Assembly: GCA_051362555.1 (NCBI GenBank)
Contig: CM120648.1
Location: forward strand, 10,350,587-10,414,586
From: Lingula anatina
Taxonomy: Eukaryota > Animalia > Brachiopoda
Direction of reading: 5' to 3'
Length of the DNA: 64,000 bases
The translations under genes and the position numbers were made by a program. Below, piece after piece: positions 27,092 to 40,976 of the stretch; the first letter of the stretch is position 1, and each line of letters starts with the position of its first letter. The notes beneath the pieces are model-generated. The model did no database searches and was not told the DNA's origin. It saw only the letters and a program-made list of their open reading frames with translations.

Positions 27092-27733
27092 GTGATTAGT
27101 TATTTTATAGTTCCTTACAAGACAGCGCAACTCAACAGCTTTCAAGTACTACCTGGTAGGATGTTAACTGCTTGACGCGAATATAATTTTATATACAGTT
27201 TATTTTCTGGAATGAAGCTAAATGCTCATAAAACACAGCGCATTCCCTATTTTGCGTATACCTTATAAGGAGATTCCTCCCCCTTTCTCCACATATTTCT
27301 CCTTATTAAGAAAAGTCAAATAAAACATGTATGTATTTTAAAGAGAAGCATGTTTATTCAGCATATTTTTTTCAAATTTAGAGATCATAATTTCAGTGTG
27401 CCGAACTGCATCGTGCTTGCTTCCATGTGTACCGCGTCACATTGTCATTACCTGCCGATAGATGTCACTGTAATGAAAGAAACATCTGCATAAGAATATG
27501 TACTAAGAAAAGTTCGATATATTTGCTCTTTTATGCGAACAGAAATTATAAGTGACATGTTAATTAGTTTGAAAATAAGTTTAGTTTGCACCAAATATAT
27601 TCACGAAAACCTTTGTAAACTTGACAATGAAAAATTGACACACAAGTTATAGTTTCAGTTTTTTTTCATACATCATATGGAGTTTGGTGCTCCAGTAAAG
27701 AATTGCAAAAATGTCTACTTACGTATGTCCCGT

Positions 27734-28468
27734 TTAATATTTGCCGTAACCAGCGTTGTATCCGTATCCGGCATCATAGCCGTATCCGGCGTTGTAGCCG
27801 TATCCAGCATCATAACGGTCACCATAGCCATAGCCGGCATCATAACCATAACCAGCACCATAACCGTCACCAACAACGGTACGCTGGACGGCGTATCCTC
27901 TCACTGGGACTGGGACGACATTCTTAACGGTTCTGTAGCCGCGGACTGGGACAACATTGACAGTTGGGACCTGGACGGTTCTGTAGCCGTGGACTTTTCT
28001 GTAGTTAACAGTTGGAACCTAAAAGGGAAACATAGCTCAAATTTTAATTGTCTGTTCTAAACACAAAATGTCTACAGCTGCGATTATCTCTTCTTTAGTA
28101 GATATAATTGTTTTTTTTTAAATTAATTTGTGGTCAACAATCCCTCTATGAAATTTCCATCCGTTTATAAACAATATTTTTCCAAAAGTACAGATATTGC
28201 GCTTAAAAAAAAACAACAATTGGTGATTTTGGTTATAAAAAGTGCCTGTTGGCCTATATTGCCCTGGATGTTTAATTATTTATGTTATGTGGTACTTCCC
28301 TTAGTAAACTTTTCATTGTTTCGAGAAAACAATATATTACTGTGAACTTACTCGGTTAACAACAACCTTGTTGTGGTAGGTGGTAACTGGCTTCACGTGG
28401 GTCCTAACCTTTGGGTAGACGGCGGAGGCGACGGCCACGAGGGCAACGAGAGCGATGAGAACCTTCAT
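27734..28468 (-). CDS. Secreted Val/Pro-repeat + Gly/Tyr-tail protein, copy 7 (133 aa)
   Basis: Exon1 28468-28352 (...VRTHVKPVTTYHNKVVVNR), exon2 28018-27734 (tail GDGYGAGYGYDAGYGYGDRYDAGY...GKY*). TATA 28535-28541. UTR donor at 27722, putative exon3 from 27485, AATAAA 27353-27358. Confidence 0.92.
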
Positions 28469-30471
28469 GTTGGCGAGGTAGAAGTGCTGGAGTCGTCAGA
28501 GATGAGAACTGATTTTGACAGAGAATCTGCGGGCTTTTATACAACTCACCGGGACTGATGAAATTCCTTGACCACACAGGTCCGATTGTCCGTTACCCTG
28601 GATTGGTGTCCAGGTAATAGCGTATAGCATGCCATGCAATTAGCTAAAATAGTTTTGAACGTGCTTGCTGAATTTACCCTGCGCCAAAAGGGCACGTGGC
28701 GCATATTTAATTAAAAGCGCGTTTTAATGAGACCCGCTGCTCTATGTGGACGTCAGTGTATCGGGAATATATCTCCACGTTGAACTGTTAGTTGCATCAG
28801 AGTTAAATTATTAAATATCTCATTCCACATCTAAATACTACTATCCCCCCCTCTCTTTTCTAACACACCTCATGACTTATGGGTTAGTGTTTAATTATAC
28901 TTCTTTGCTCGAACTTGTAACATCTCTAAAATTTCTCTGTTATATTTATTTTTGTTTAACCCACATGCACTAGTATCTTATATTCACAGTAGAACTTACA
29001 CTAAATATTTCGTTTTTCAGTCGCCATTCTTGCGAACTCAACTTTTTATTGAGACCTTGACATGTTCTGTTTTCGTACACAGGACATTTAACTTAAAAAA
29101 AAAAGAAATTACATAAAACCAGGCATTCATGGTGTCTTTGATTTCTATCAAAAGATGCATATAATGCACAAAAAATATTGGCGACTAATTCATTATAAAT
29201 GTGCCACAGGGCAATAGCGACAATAGGTCTCGTCTCGCTAGCACCCCGGTAATTTTTCTCTATTTGTTTTTTTTTTTAGTTTTGATTTTATCAGTGGCAG
29301 TTTTAGCAAGTTAGAGGGAGAAAATAAGTTTTTATTATTCTGCCAAAATAAAGTTCCTTTCTTATGCCTTTTTAAAATCCTTTTGATGTGATTCATTTAC
29401 CATTCACGACATACTAGTCGACTATCTTTGCAACTGAATTTGCGTCATAACCTGAGGAATTTGGCAACGGTTCTCAGTCTAAGGGACCACCGTAAAAAGA
29501 CGATAATTGTTCTAGATTAAAGGCTATTCTTTTATTCTCTCTTCCACCCACCAGAAGGTAAATAGCCAAAATAAAAAAGATTTGATGTAATCTCTCCTAG
29601 CATGCGAAACAGATATTCTTGATACTTGTCGCACGTAAACGTAGCATTACGTTTACAGATTGATCTGTAAAATGGGCCACATGACGACCTTAATTTGAAA
29701 CATAAAACCGTCTGTGGTCGCCAATGAGCCCATATACACCTGACACTTCACAGAATTGGGGAATCGTTATCAAGAAAGGGAAAAACATGAAAAAAAAATT
29801 AATAAAGACAATAATAAAAATTAAAGATAAAATAAAGAACGAGCATCTCATACTGATACGGTGGGGCGCTGGCACACCATAGGGAATGTGTCATTGTAGC
29901 TTTACCAAACTCAATAAAAACAGCCCAATTAAATTGCTTAAACAACACCAAAATGCACAGCGAAACAAAGGGCCTTTTTGTTGTTGATAGACTTAAACGC
30001 ACTTTTATCACTACATCAGTTACAGCCCGAAATTTTCGTAAATGATAATGAAAATTTTATTTGGCCATTACGCCGTAGTTGCAAGTTAGGTAGCGTCACC
30101 CAGGCGGGGAGTAATTTGATGACCTTCAATGAACTTGTGATAGGATTCAAACAGGTGTTTTTCTATTTAATTACTTGTGGCATGATATGTTTACTAACTT
30201 TAATTAACATTTCGCCGGAGCGTGCGCGGTCAACATCCCCATTCCGATAAATATATACGGGTTGGAAATGAACGCCAAATAAAATTCCTCATTCAAACAA
30301 ATAAAAATGGTCTTATAAGGCATGTTGAAGAATAGTTCTGTGCGTTTTCAATTTCCAAAGTGGCCACTTGTATCAAGTGTGGTATTTTGAAAGGCAATCG
30401 CTGGCATTTGTTGAACTCTAATGTCATCAAATATGGTGCGGCACGCACTGTACTACGCAATTGGTAATAGG

Positions 30472-30476
<5 letters not shown>

Positions 30477-30508
<32 letters not shown>

Positions 30509-30615
30509 AGAATCAGAAATAAGGAGGTGCAAAAGAGAAGGAAAGAAAAAAGAGAGAGGGGGAAGTTACATAGAGAGGGGGAGAGGGGGTCAGAAGTGGA
30601 AAAAAGGGGGAAGAG

Positions 30616-30649
<34 letters not shown>

Positions 30650-30790
30650 ATGGTAAAGAAAATAGACGGAAGGAACTAAATAAGGGGAATGAAGGGAGAT
30701 GGAGGAAGAAAGGGTATAGAGAAAAGGGTATAGATGGAAGGAGGTAAAGAGGGTAAGAGCTATGATCATAAGAGGGAAAGAGAGAGATGA
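30477..30790. repeat. (GA)n and purine-rich low-complexity tract
   Basis: Direct reading. Similar (GA)n at 36300-36375 and 42147-42172. Confidence 0.9.
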
Positions 30791-31146
30791 TCATAAGATA
30801 TGATCCGAAATTACAGACGTGGGTGAGGTGCCGTCAAAATCAACAGTTTTTTGAAATATTTCATAATAGGATTTGCGAGGCCCTGATATACCCATTAAAG
30901 CCACATAAATGAAATAAAAAAAAATCATGATGATACCAGGGAATTGCGATAAAAGGGTTAAATTACACTTAATCCCGACCGCGTAGCATGATGTATCTCA
31001 TTGAAAACCAATAAGTCAAAAAGCAGTGATGAAGACATCCAAATTATCCAGTTGATGCGGCTTAATCAGGTAGAAAGTTGTATATAAAAACCGCCGAATT
31101 TTCACTCAAAATCAGTTCTCATCTCTGACGACTCCAGCACGCCGAC

Positions 31147-32930
31147 ATGAAGGTTCTCATCGCTCTAGTTGCTCTCGTGGCCGTGGCCTACGCCTCTTAT
31201 CCAAAGGTATCCACACACGTGAAACCTTTCACCACCTACAAGAAGAAAGTCGTTGTGAACAAGGTGAGTTCAAACATATGTTTTCTTTTTCATACAATAG
31301 CACATACCATTATTGGTTTCAAGGACAATGCACTTGGGGGAAGTAAAAATAAAGAAAGAAAGAAGTCGCAAGACTGATAAAATAGTATCTATAGCCTATA
31401 TTTGATTAATTCTAGCTGACCGACTGAGGTAATTAATGACACCTAAGGACCATTTCCAAGAAATATTTGCATCGATCTAATACCCTGGAGAGTCTCACTA
31501 AATTGCTGTCAACTTGGCCGGCTTCAATGTCTGTCACGCGTAGTAAAACTGTTAGGGGGTAATTATCTTTACCCCTTGCTGATTCGGTAGGCGTGACAAA
31601 CATTTAAGCCGGTTAGTTGATAACAATTTAGTGACACTCCCCAGGGTGTTAGATCGATCCAGATGGATCGGTCTATGTGTGGGAACCCAGTCCTAGTCAA
31701 AGTCCTCTGCCACACCCCGTAAGCAGCCTCGTCTAGGCCCATTTCCAAGACTTCTTTGTTTTATTTGACAAATTTCACCTTATTTGGTTACAAAATGTTG
31801 CTCCCTTTCTTGATGTTCAAACTCTGAGTTACAAGTGCTAGATGTCCTGAATTTGGTCCAATTTTTTATCATCAGTTTGATGCAAAAGAATCACTCTCAT
31901 CTGTGGAACTCTTCATCGCTCTTGATTTGTTTGTCATATTAAATGTAATAAAAAATTTGAGTAGAGTAGGAATAAAATATACGTACCATGTACAACATCG
32001 CTAAATAGGGAAAATCTGGTGGGATCTTTTACGACCCTAGCACTTTTTTATTTCTACTAAGATAACAATTAATGATACCAAACATGGGAAGATATCTCCT
32101 GAAAACCGATAAAATATGTAACAATATCCTGAAATTTCATGAAAAAATAATGAATAATAATAATAATTTGAAAAAAAAATCAGATATGCGTCTGGATATG
32201 GTTAAGAATTAAAATCTATTTCTTTTGAATTATTTCAGTTTTGCAAAGAAAAAAAATCAATGAATCAGCTTTGTTATATTCACCAATTAAGATTATTTCC
32301 AATATGTTTTAAAACTTAGCGCTCTTTGGCTTTTTACGTAGTTAAGGAATGCCATCTGCAGCCCTTTCTCAAAACAGAAATGTCCTGTTTCGTTGTTGTG
32401 GCGCAATTTCTAGCCTTGTGGAAAATCGTTTATAAAGAAAACGAAAGAAACCATGTCTCTCTGATTAATTTTCAAAGACATTTTTATCAACTGAAAAGGT
32501 ATAATTTGAATCTAAAGCAATTTTCATATAGGGCAGATGGTTGGGATTAACACTAGTATTTCGTTTTCAGGTTCCTACTGTTCACTACAAAAAGGTCCAC
32601 GGCTACAGAACCGTCAAGGTCCCAACTGTCAATGTTGTCCCAGTCCACGGCTACAGAACCGTTCAGAATGTCGTCCAAGTCCCCGTGAGAGGATACACTG
32701 TCCAGCGTACCGTTGTTGGTACCGGTTATGGAGGTTATGGCAGTGGTTATGGCGGCTATGGCGATGGTGGATACGGCTACGGCCAGGGAGGCTACGGTGG
32801 TTACGGAGGCTACAGTAGCGGAGGCTACAGCAGCGGAGGCTATGCTGGCGGAAGCTACGGTAGCCATGGTGGCTACGGTAGCTCAGGTGGCTACGGTGGC
32901 TACGGTAGCAGCTACGGCAAGAAACATTAA
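31147..32930 (+). CDS. Secreted Val/Pro-repeat + Gly/Tyr/Ser-tail protein, copy 8 (158 aa, divergent tail)
   Basis: Exon1 31147-31263 (MKVLIALVALVAVAYASYPKVSTHVKPFTTYKKKVVVNK), 1.3-kb intron, exon2 32571-32930 with a GGY/SSGGY tail ending YGKKH*. TATA 31081-31090. UTR donor at 32942, exon3 from 33155, AATAAA 33254-33259. Confidence 0.92.
31445..31695. mobile_element. Related foldback MITE in the copy-8 intron
   Basis: Long imperfect palindrome (ATCGATCTAATACCCTGG...TGTCACGC / GCGTGACA...CCAGGGTGTTAGATCGAT). Related pieces at ~24860-25015 and ~62083-62315. Confidence 0.65.
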
Positions 32931-35900
32931 ACTGCTATAAGGTATTTGAATTTGGTGATTAAATTGACTAAACAATTATAAAGCTCTAAAATTCCATTGA
33001 CAAAGTCTAAATTACAAGTACACTAGCCAAATATTTTTTAAAAATTAATATTAATAAGTAATAATAATAACAATAATAATAATAATAATCAGCTCCGAAT
33101 ACTTATTATATACATACACATGTTAACGTGGATGTTTCTTTGTTTCTATTGCAGTGCCATCTATCGCCAGGCTATGACACTGACGAGATTCAGTTGAAGG
33201 CCAATACGGTGTAACGCAGTGAAAATTTTGTCTCGAAAATTTTCAAAATGATGAATAAACAGTCATGTGCTGTGAATACTGGCATTCTTGGTGTTACTTT
33301 TTACTATTTATTTTTACACTTACTCGCTTTTTTTATTCATTTCACGGAATGCAAAAGTATTTCCCCTAATAAAGCAAAGGAATGGCCTCACTATTGATAA
33401 ATCAAGAGTGTAATAAATATGGTTTCAAGTGACACTGTCAAATTTAACATAGTTGAAACGTGGCATTGACAGAAAAAAGATGAAATCCTCTCCGTTGCAT
33501 TTGACATTACACTAACAATCTAAAATATCTAATGGATTTTAACGAGGATTTGTATTATATCTTTTCGTAATTTCGAAAAAAAGCAAAAATAAAAACGACT
33601 CACTATTTTGTTTAATGCACGTTACCTTTCAACAAACACGCGATCGTACTGGTCTTCAAAGTTTTTCATAGATGCCTACATTATGAAAATTTAATTTGTG
33701 ACATGATGGAATTAGAAATATTTCATTTGAAGTGATTTTGTTTTCTTAATTGAATTTAGAGAAATTTAATATTCAATCTTAACGTAATTTTAAAAAATAT
33801 ATATATATATAAAATTAAATTAAAAGGAATCACTATCTCCAGACTTTTTTTATTGGAGGTAAACTATTTCAAAATTAAGCTGTTAAATGAAGAAAAATTA
33901 CTTTATTCTTCGTATCACTATTTTCTTTAATGCACGCTGCTTTTCAACATTTCCTGAGTACATACGTTTTAGGAATTTAATCAGTGACAACCTGGAATCA
34001 GAAATATCACATTCGGTGTGATTTTTTCTTTCTTCGGTTTAAAAATGGCGACGTGGGGAAATATGCACTAAGACTTGCAAATGTGTTCCGTGAAATAGTT
34101 TTTGTTCAAGTGTCTCTTGCATAATGGTAATAACATTGGCTCGTCCCCAATGTAACTATCATCCTACGCAGTTCGATCCAACTCCGCGTGGTCACTGGAC
34201 TCTCGCTGAATGCAATCAGATTGACATTTAAACACGTCTCATCCTGGCTTCGAGCAGAATACAGAGAAGCTGGTGATTATACAGGAGGAAGCGAGTTCAT
34301 CTGTCAATGACAGCTCCAAATGTGATAGTTGTGTCATTAATACAGCATCAAATGCGATAGTTGCGATATGCTTACAGCTCTAATTGCGATAGTTGTGATA
34401 TGAACACGACGCTCTTTGGCATAAACAAAGTTTCAATAAAATAGTACTCCTACGGAATAAAGTCACACTTTCTAAACAAACTGAGGACTCGCAACATGTC
34501 ATTCGGTGCAAGGAACGCTCTTCATTTTTGACTGACAAAAGATCTTGATAGAAAAGTTCCTGGTGATTCTATCAAGCAAATAAGAACCTTTTTGAATTCC
34601 ACAGTGCCCCGGACTCGATAATATAAGTATGATTTTGCTAGTGTTGCCCCTAATTGAAAATGTTTGTATCAAGCATAACCAGCATTATTTCCTTTCCTTA
34701 GACTAATTTTTGGTCAACTCATGCGAAAATTTTTGTCTGAAATTTTGGGTTAAAATTCTCGTCTTAAACACGAGAAGGTGGCATCTATAAATCTGGTCAA
34801 TGTGAGTCGCCTCACCATCAAGTTGGCTTTCGGTATTGTCATTTATAATCACTGTCAGCGTCTGTCTTTGCTGCCCCCCCCCCCCCCCCCCACCCCGTTT
34901 TCTTCTCTAGACAATGCGTACATAGGCAACCGATTTCAAAGTATTTAGCTCATGGCCTTTATCAGCAATAGTGTGTGGCAGACAGACATGTCAAAAATAA
35001 AACAAGGGAGGCAGAGGAGAATAACTTCTTCAAAAGAAACATATACAGCTAGGTTTGTCCTTTGTTTGACCAAGCGCTTTGCCTAATTTGATACCGAGAT
35101 GGTAATTTAGATTGCCGGAATGTTAATGTAGATGGGTTCACGCACACTAAGACACGTGTGAGAACTCATAAACCAATTGTAGGCAGTCGTTAAGAAACAA
35201 CGCTCATTCAAGTCTAATTTGAATGTACCGTTGATGTTTCGCATAAATGATTACTAGAATGCTTATACGGGGACAGAATGCACGATTAACAGGTTTAGCT
35301 CGAGGCTAGTTACAATAGTAACAGTGAGAAAGTGGTATTTATCGTACATACATGTAGCTTTAAAAATATTTTGACATTTTAGTAATATCTATTTCACCTG
35401 AGATATGGCTATTGTTTTTGCGTTTATATGTTCCATGTTGAACTTCGCCACGTCTACGATTATTTCAAATAGCCATTTGTCTTCAAAATAAAATCTTCAT
35501 AAGAAACTAAACTCAATAATGGGAAGGGAAAAATCACAATACAGTGGTTAAAATTTTAATAATACATTTAAGAGATATTTAGAAAATGGAATGAAAAATA
35601 TACAAATCTTTGAGGATTGACAAAGGGGAAAAAGTAGATATAGGCCCTAATATGTAGAAATGTCACATTTTTTTTTTTTTTTTGTTGTAATTGGACAGAG
35701 AGAGAGAGATTTCTGAATACTTATTTTTGATATAATGAATAGCAATTCAAATGAATTAGAACATCATGTCTTATGATGTATTGATTTGCAGCGTCCTGAA
35801 AATAGAATGAGGACCTTGGAGAAATTATTTTAGGAAGATTGAGTCAATGCCATTTGTGGTATCGTGTAATGTTTTGAAGATGATAGATGGAGTTTGACAC

Positions 35901-36291
35901 TTTTGCACTTGTATAGAATTGTGATAAATGTTTACTTCAAAGAGGAATTGCCTGCCGTTTTTTTGTTCAAGTTAATTGGTTATTTAGAATGTATACACAC
36001 AGTCATGGTTTACAGAAATGCAAATACTACTAATTGTGAAAGGGCCCACGCATGTTTGCGCTTGTGTATTTGCATGTATGTAGAATATACCGAATTTTTA
36101 TTCTATGGTGGTCTGATAAGTATATAAATCGGCCTTGGTGAGGCCTACAGTGCTGTTTATAAAATAAAGAAGCAAATAGTTCACCTGTCGATTATACATT
36201 TGATTCTTTCTTTGCTTTTCATTTTAGAAATATCCCTGACTCTAACTGATTTTATTTCATTTGAAAATAATAGTCAAAAAATGTGTATGTA

Positions 36292-36350
<59 letters not shown>

Positions 36351-36656
36351 AGAGAGAGATGTGTGTGAGAAGGCGAGAGAGACACAGAGACATTCAGAAA
36401 GAGAGAGGAGGACTTGAATATCATTTGCATTCAAAACCTTGCACGTCAACTCTGCCAGGGATGTGCCGTTGGTACCATTGCTCGTAACTGTGACCAAATG
36501 GGTGTCATGTTCATCATCATTAAATCATACTGCATAAGAACACACCCTTAATCCTCTTACATTTAAATTAGGGAAAACCATGTATAAAAGACCCGCAGAT
36601 TCTTAGGCAAAATCAGTTCTCATCTCTGACGACTCCAGCACCTCTACCTCGCCAAC

Positions 36657-37428
36657 ATGAAGGTTCTCATCGCTCTCGTTGCTCTCGTGGCCGTCGCCTC
36701 CGCCGTCTACCCAAAGGTTGCCACCCACGTCAAGCCTTTCACCACCTACAAGAACAAAGTTGTTGTGGACAAGGTGAGTGTATAACCCTGGTGGAAATAG
36801 GTTTCCGTTGGAGGGGGAGGGGGGTTAACCAATAATCAAAGTCTAAGACAATATTAATAGAGCATAAAGTATAGGTGGCGGTAATTCTGCTGAAAAACGT
36901 TGTAATGAAAAAAAATCGGTTTTTTCTTTTTTGTCGTTTTTAAATTTTTTATATATATTTAATATTTTGATTGCAATTGGGAGGAAACAATTAACGACAT
37001 AATTGCAAAATTAGGTATAGTAATTATAATTCAGCCTCATATATAAATCTGATACATACTCCAGTGGTAAGCTTCCAACTATTAACAGCTAGCAAGGATT
37101 GAATATTTACGGGATGAAATCTATCGATATTCCCCCCTTTCAGGTCCCAACTGTTAACTACAGAAAGGTCCACGGCTACAGAACCGTCAAGGTCCCAACT
37201 GTCAATGTTGTCCCAGTTCACGGCTACAGAACTGTTGAGAACGTCGTCCCAGTCCCAGTGAGAGGATACGCCGTCCAGCGTACCGTTGTTGGTGCTGGTT
37301 ATGGTGCTGGTTATGGTTATGATGCCGGCTATGGCTATGATGCTGGATATGGCTACAACGCCGGATACGGCTATGGTGCCGGATATGGTACCGGATACGG
37401 ATACAACGCTGGTTACGGCAAATATTAA
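36657..37428 (+). CDS. Secreted Val/Pro-repeat + Gly/Tyr-tail protein, copy 9 (133 aa)
   Basis: Exon1 36657-36773, exon2 37144-37428. TATAAAA 36583-36589. UTR donor at 37439, exon3 from 37681, AATAAA 37778-37783. Confidence 0.93.
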
Positions 37429-38394
37429 ACTCAATCTGGTATGTTGAAAAATATTTTGTTACTGTTCCCAGTCTCAGAAAAATAAAATAAACTAGATAAA
37501 TGAAGGAATAAATAATTAGATATATAAAATATTACGTTCACATTCTTTCTTTACAACCCATCCAAAACTCGAAACTATAGTAGATTCACCAGAACATTCC
37601 CCATTCTTTTTAAAGTAGATGTTTACCGTGATAAATGAACGAATTGCTCTAATGTTTTTTTTTTTCTTTTTTCTTTGCAGATGTAATCAACAAGCTCATC
37701 TCAGTAATACGCAACGAAAGCGCCTTCGCCATTTCACATAATTTTTTTGATATTTCTGTTCATCACTTCTTTGAAGCAATAAATATGAACTTGCTCAACA
37801 CATTATCATTCTCGACTTATCATTTTCTTGATATCTCTTACTTGATGGACAAAATATGATTTAGTTTTAAAAAGTTTAATAAGATCTAGGAAGTATTGAC
37901 TTACATTTTAAATTTATCAAATATAATCTAATTTAATTCAATTATTACTATTATTTTTTTTGCGCAGTAAACGATCTCCCGTGTGATAACAACTACTAGT
38001 AGTTCATCACTGATGTACATTGTTGATAATATGGTCATAGCTGGCTAGTAAATATGACATGTAATAACAGTAGTCAACCAAGCGCTGCTATTAGGCATGG
38101 GGACATATGCCACTCATGACCCAGTTTCCATATATGTATAATTGGTCCCACCCACTTCTTTGATAACCCCGCCTCCTTTGCCGATGACAGAAATATATAT
38201 CTTGCCGTATCAAAATTACTCATTTACATTTGAAATGGCTAATAATTATTTGGGACTTGCTTTTTAATGAAGACAGCGTAGTCGTTCCGCCAAGTACACA
38301 AACTGTAAGACATTAAGCCTCATGTTGAAATAATTTTATGCAGTTCTTGTACACAGAGTTATAGATTTATAACTGATGCAATGGCCATATAGCT

Positions 38395-38580
38395 TGGTGG
38401 AGGATTTCGATTTCTGGTCCCCTCTTCAAATTAGGATTTTGACTAGCTAAATCATAGTTCTAAATCGTACAAAATGGCACCGCTTGCGATCTAAAATACC
38501 AAAAAGTTTCCCCACGCCAAGTGGAAGGGGGGCATCGCATCCGCGGACCGCCCCTTCAAATAATCCTGGATCCGCCCCTG
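38395..38580. mobile_element. CAGGGGCGGATCCAGG-type non-autonomous element, 5-bp TSD
   Basis: Ends in GGATCCGCCCCTG, left end decayed. TSD TAGCT on both sides. Internal homology to 42615-42858 and 52780-53018. Confidence 0.75.
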
Positions 38581-40976
38581 TAGCTATTGGCAATTTCAAA
38601 GTACTTGGTATTTATCGACTACAAGCCCGAAATTAAAATATGAAGATAAAATTTGAAGAACACAATATTTCGTTTGCTTTAAGACTAGCAAACAAAAGAG
38701 ATGAACACGAATTAACGCGAGGTGCATTTGTGGCATCTAAATTATGAGCAAAGAATAATCATATGTAAGCGGCCATAGACAAAATTCATTAAGATAGAAG
38801 GATGTAATATATTCAGCATAATCCAGTAAGAAAAGGGAAATTTTCACAACAACAAAACTAACTTGTCATGCACGCCTTTCTGCAAATTTTATGTTCTTTT
38901 TTAAGGACAAATCTATCAAATTTAATAAATGAATTATTTAAAGCTGTTAATCAATTCTTCTTCATAATATGATTCATTCCCATTTTACACATTGAAAACG
39001 GCCCATTCTTCAAAGTTTTATTTTTTTTGTGTGTACAGGGTGTAGATTATAGCACAAACATTTTCCTTAATTACACACATTTAAATATATTGATCTGCTC
39101 ACGGCTTTGCCTCTCTTGCAGTTTTCGGATGACTTTTAACAAAATATTTTCTACCGGTAGGTAGACAGATAAGTAGATAATTTATTCCAACGTGAGCAGA
39201 AAGTACAAAGTATTTTCACAAGCTCAGAATATACATAATGTATATACAATCAGTGTAACAAAAATAAATTCATAATTATACTCAAGTTGGTCGAGGCAAT
39301 ATGGCCTTAATATATGTTAATAAAAAGATAACATAATGTTAGCATTAGGAAAATAAACAATTTACAGCATATCAAATGATACACATCGTGCATAGGCCTG
39401 CCTCTCCAAGGATTTTTCTACCGAGCTAAAATCTAACGCAGGATATTCCTTGCGTATAGAGCTTGCCACGGGACAAAAACACAAAACATGTTCTACTGTT
39501 TGGATTTCACCGGTACCACAGATCCACTTCCGATCCTCTAAGATACATGCTTGCTTGTCCCGGCCAGGTTGCTGGCAAATGGTGTCATTGACACGTTGAC
39601 GTGCGAGTTTGGTGGACGGGTGAGGCGGAGAGACTGTCCTCTGTTTGCCCTAGCTATTGATTACGCAACGATTTCTTCTTAACAGCGCAACGAGACTGCG
39701 CACGCTATCACGTGACCCTTTGAATGTAGATCTCGTCTCACAAACGCAATCTGCGTGCTTCAGTCGATTCTTAATGTCAAGCGGTATTTGTTCCCTAATG
39801 ACAATTCATAAAGAATATGACATTCATTAAATGACAAAAGAATTTATTCATTGTCCCTTGGGATGGGTTTTAATGGCGACGAGTAACTGTCTTGAAATTG
39901 ATTGATACAAATTGGCGAAATTCCGAGAGAGATATGGCACTGAATATAAAAAAACGGTATGAAAAAAAAATAATAATAATGCATTTTAGATATATTATAA
40001 ATATTTTTCAATAATAAGTGATAAGAAGATTTAACGCCATCTAAACCCTAATCATATCAGCATATTTTGCAACATATTTCTACTGGGTGGGGGCGTTTAT
40101 AATACACATTGCTGGTGAGATATATTATTGTTCTATACTAAGTATTTTCAGACATAAATTAGCTCGATTAAATAATGTACTTTTTTCAAATTAATTATTA
40201 CTTTGTTTATAGTCCTAGTTTTGATGATATATCTAAACAAAACTAGCACTGTGCATCTCTATCAGTCACCTTTAATTGATAAAAACAGTGACAAAGCTGC
40301 AATATGTTTTAAAAAATAAAAAGCTTTCGCTGATTTCCAATGTTTTACTTTTTTCTCTTTATTACCAAGTTATTTCTACATTTTCGTCTTAAACAAAACA
40401 ATATAAAGAAAGGTTTAGGAAATGTGACATTTTTATAACTCTCCACTTTGTCTACTTTCCGTTGATTAAATACATGTACAATGGTCTCGGCCAAAGCGAC
40501 AAGGAACTTACACTGTAAGGGTCGGTTTTTTCCCTCTTAATTTTGGACCTAAGTGATACAGTTTGCTTCATTTGATGGAAAGACTAATCAGTATTTAAAA
40601 TAATTTGAAAAATCAAGGCCCCTTAAATCCTACCCTTCCAACCACTATTCTCTGAGCACAGGTGCGCTAGTAGGCTGTTACAAAATAAGTGCATCGCATG
40701 CTTTAATTTGGATACCCCTGATATATGAGAGTACCCCACCCCAACTCCCATTTCATCTCCGTGCTCCATTGCCGTTATATAAACCATAATTATGGATTGG
40801 CATGAGGAGCGTCATCATTTTCCCATGCATAAAATCAATATAACCAAACGTGCCAGCAAGTCGTTAATTTCAGCAGCGTCCTTGAAGCGTGAAGGTGTGG
40901 GTATAAAAGGATGCGACTGCCAGTGGAATAGCAGTTCGCATTTTGACGACTCCAAAGGACGACTTCTCCAGCCGAC

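Noticed and set aside
27677-28060. Antisense and alternate-frame ORFs over the Gly/Tyr exons (e.g. 27677-28060, 37024-37434, 15072-15407, 32553-32867, the MDWDNI... ORFs)
   Set aside because: These are shadows of the repetitive, codon-biased true reading frame, with no promoter, signal peptide or splice support of their own.
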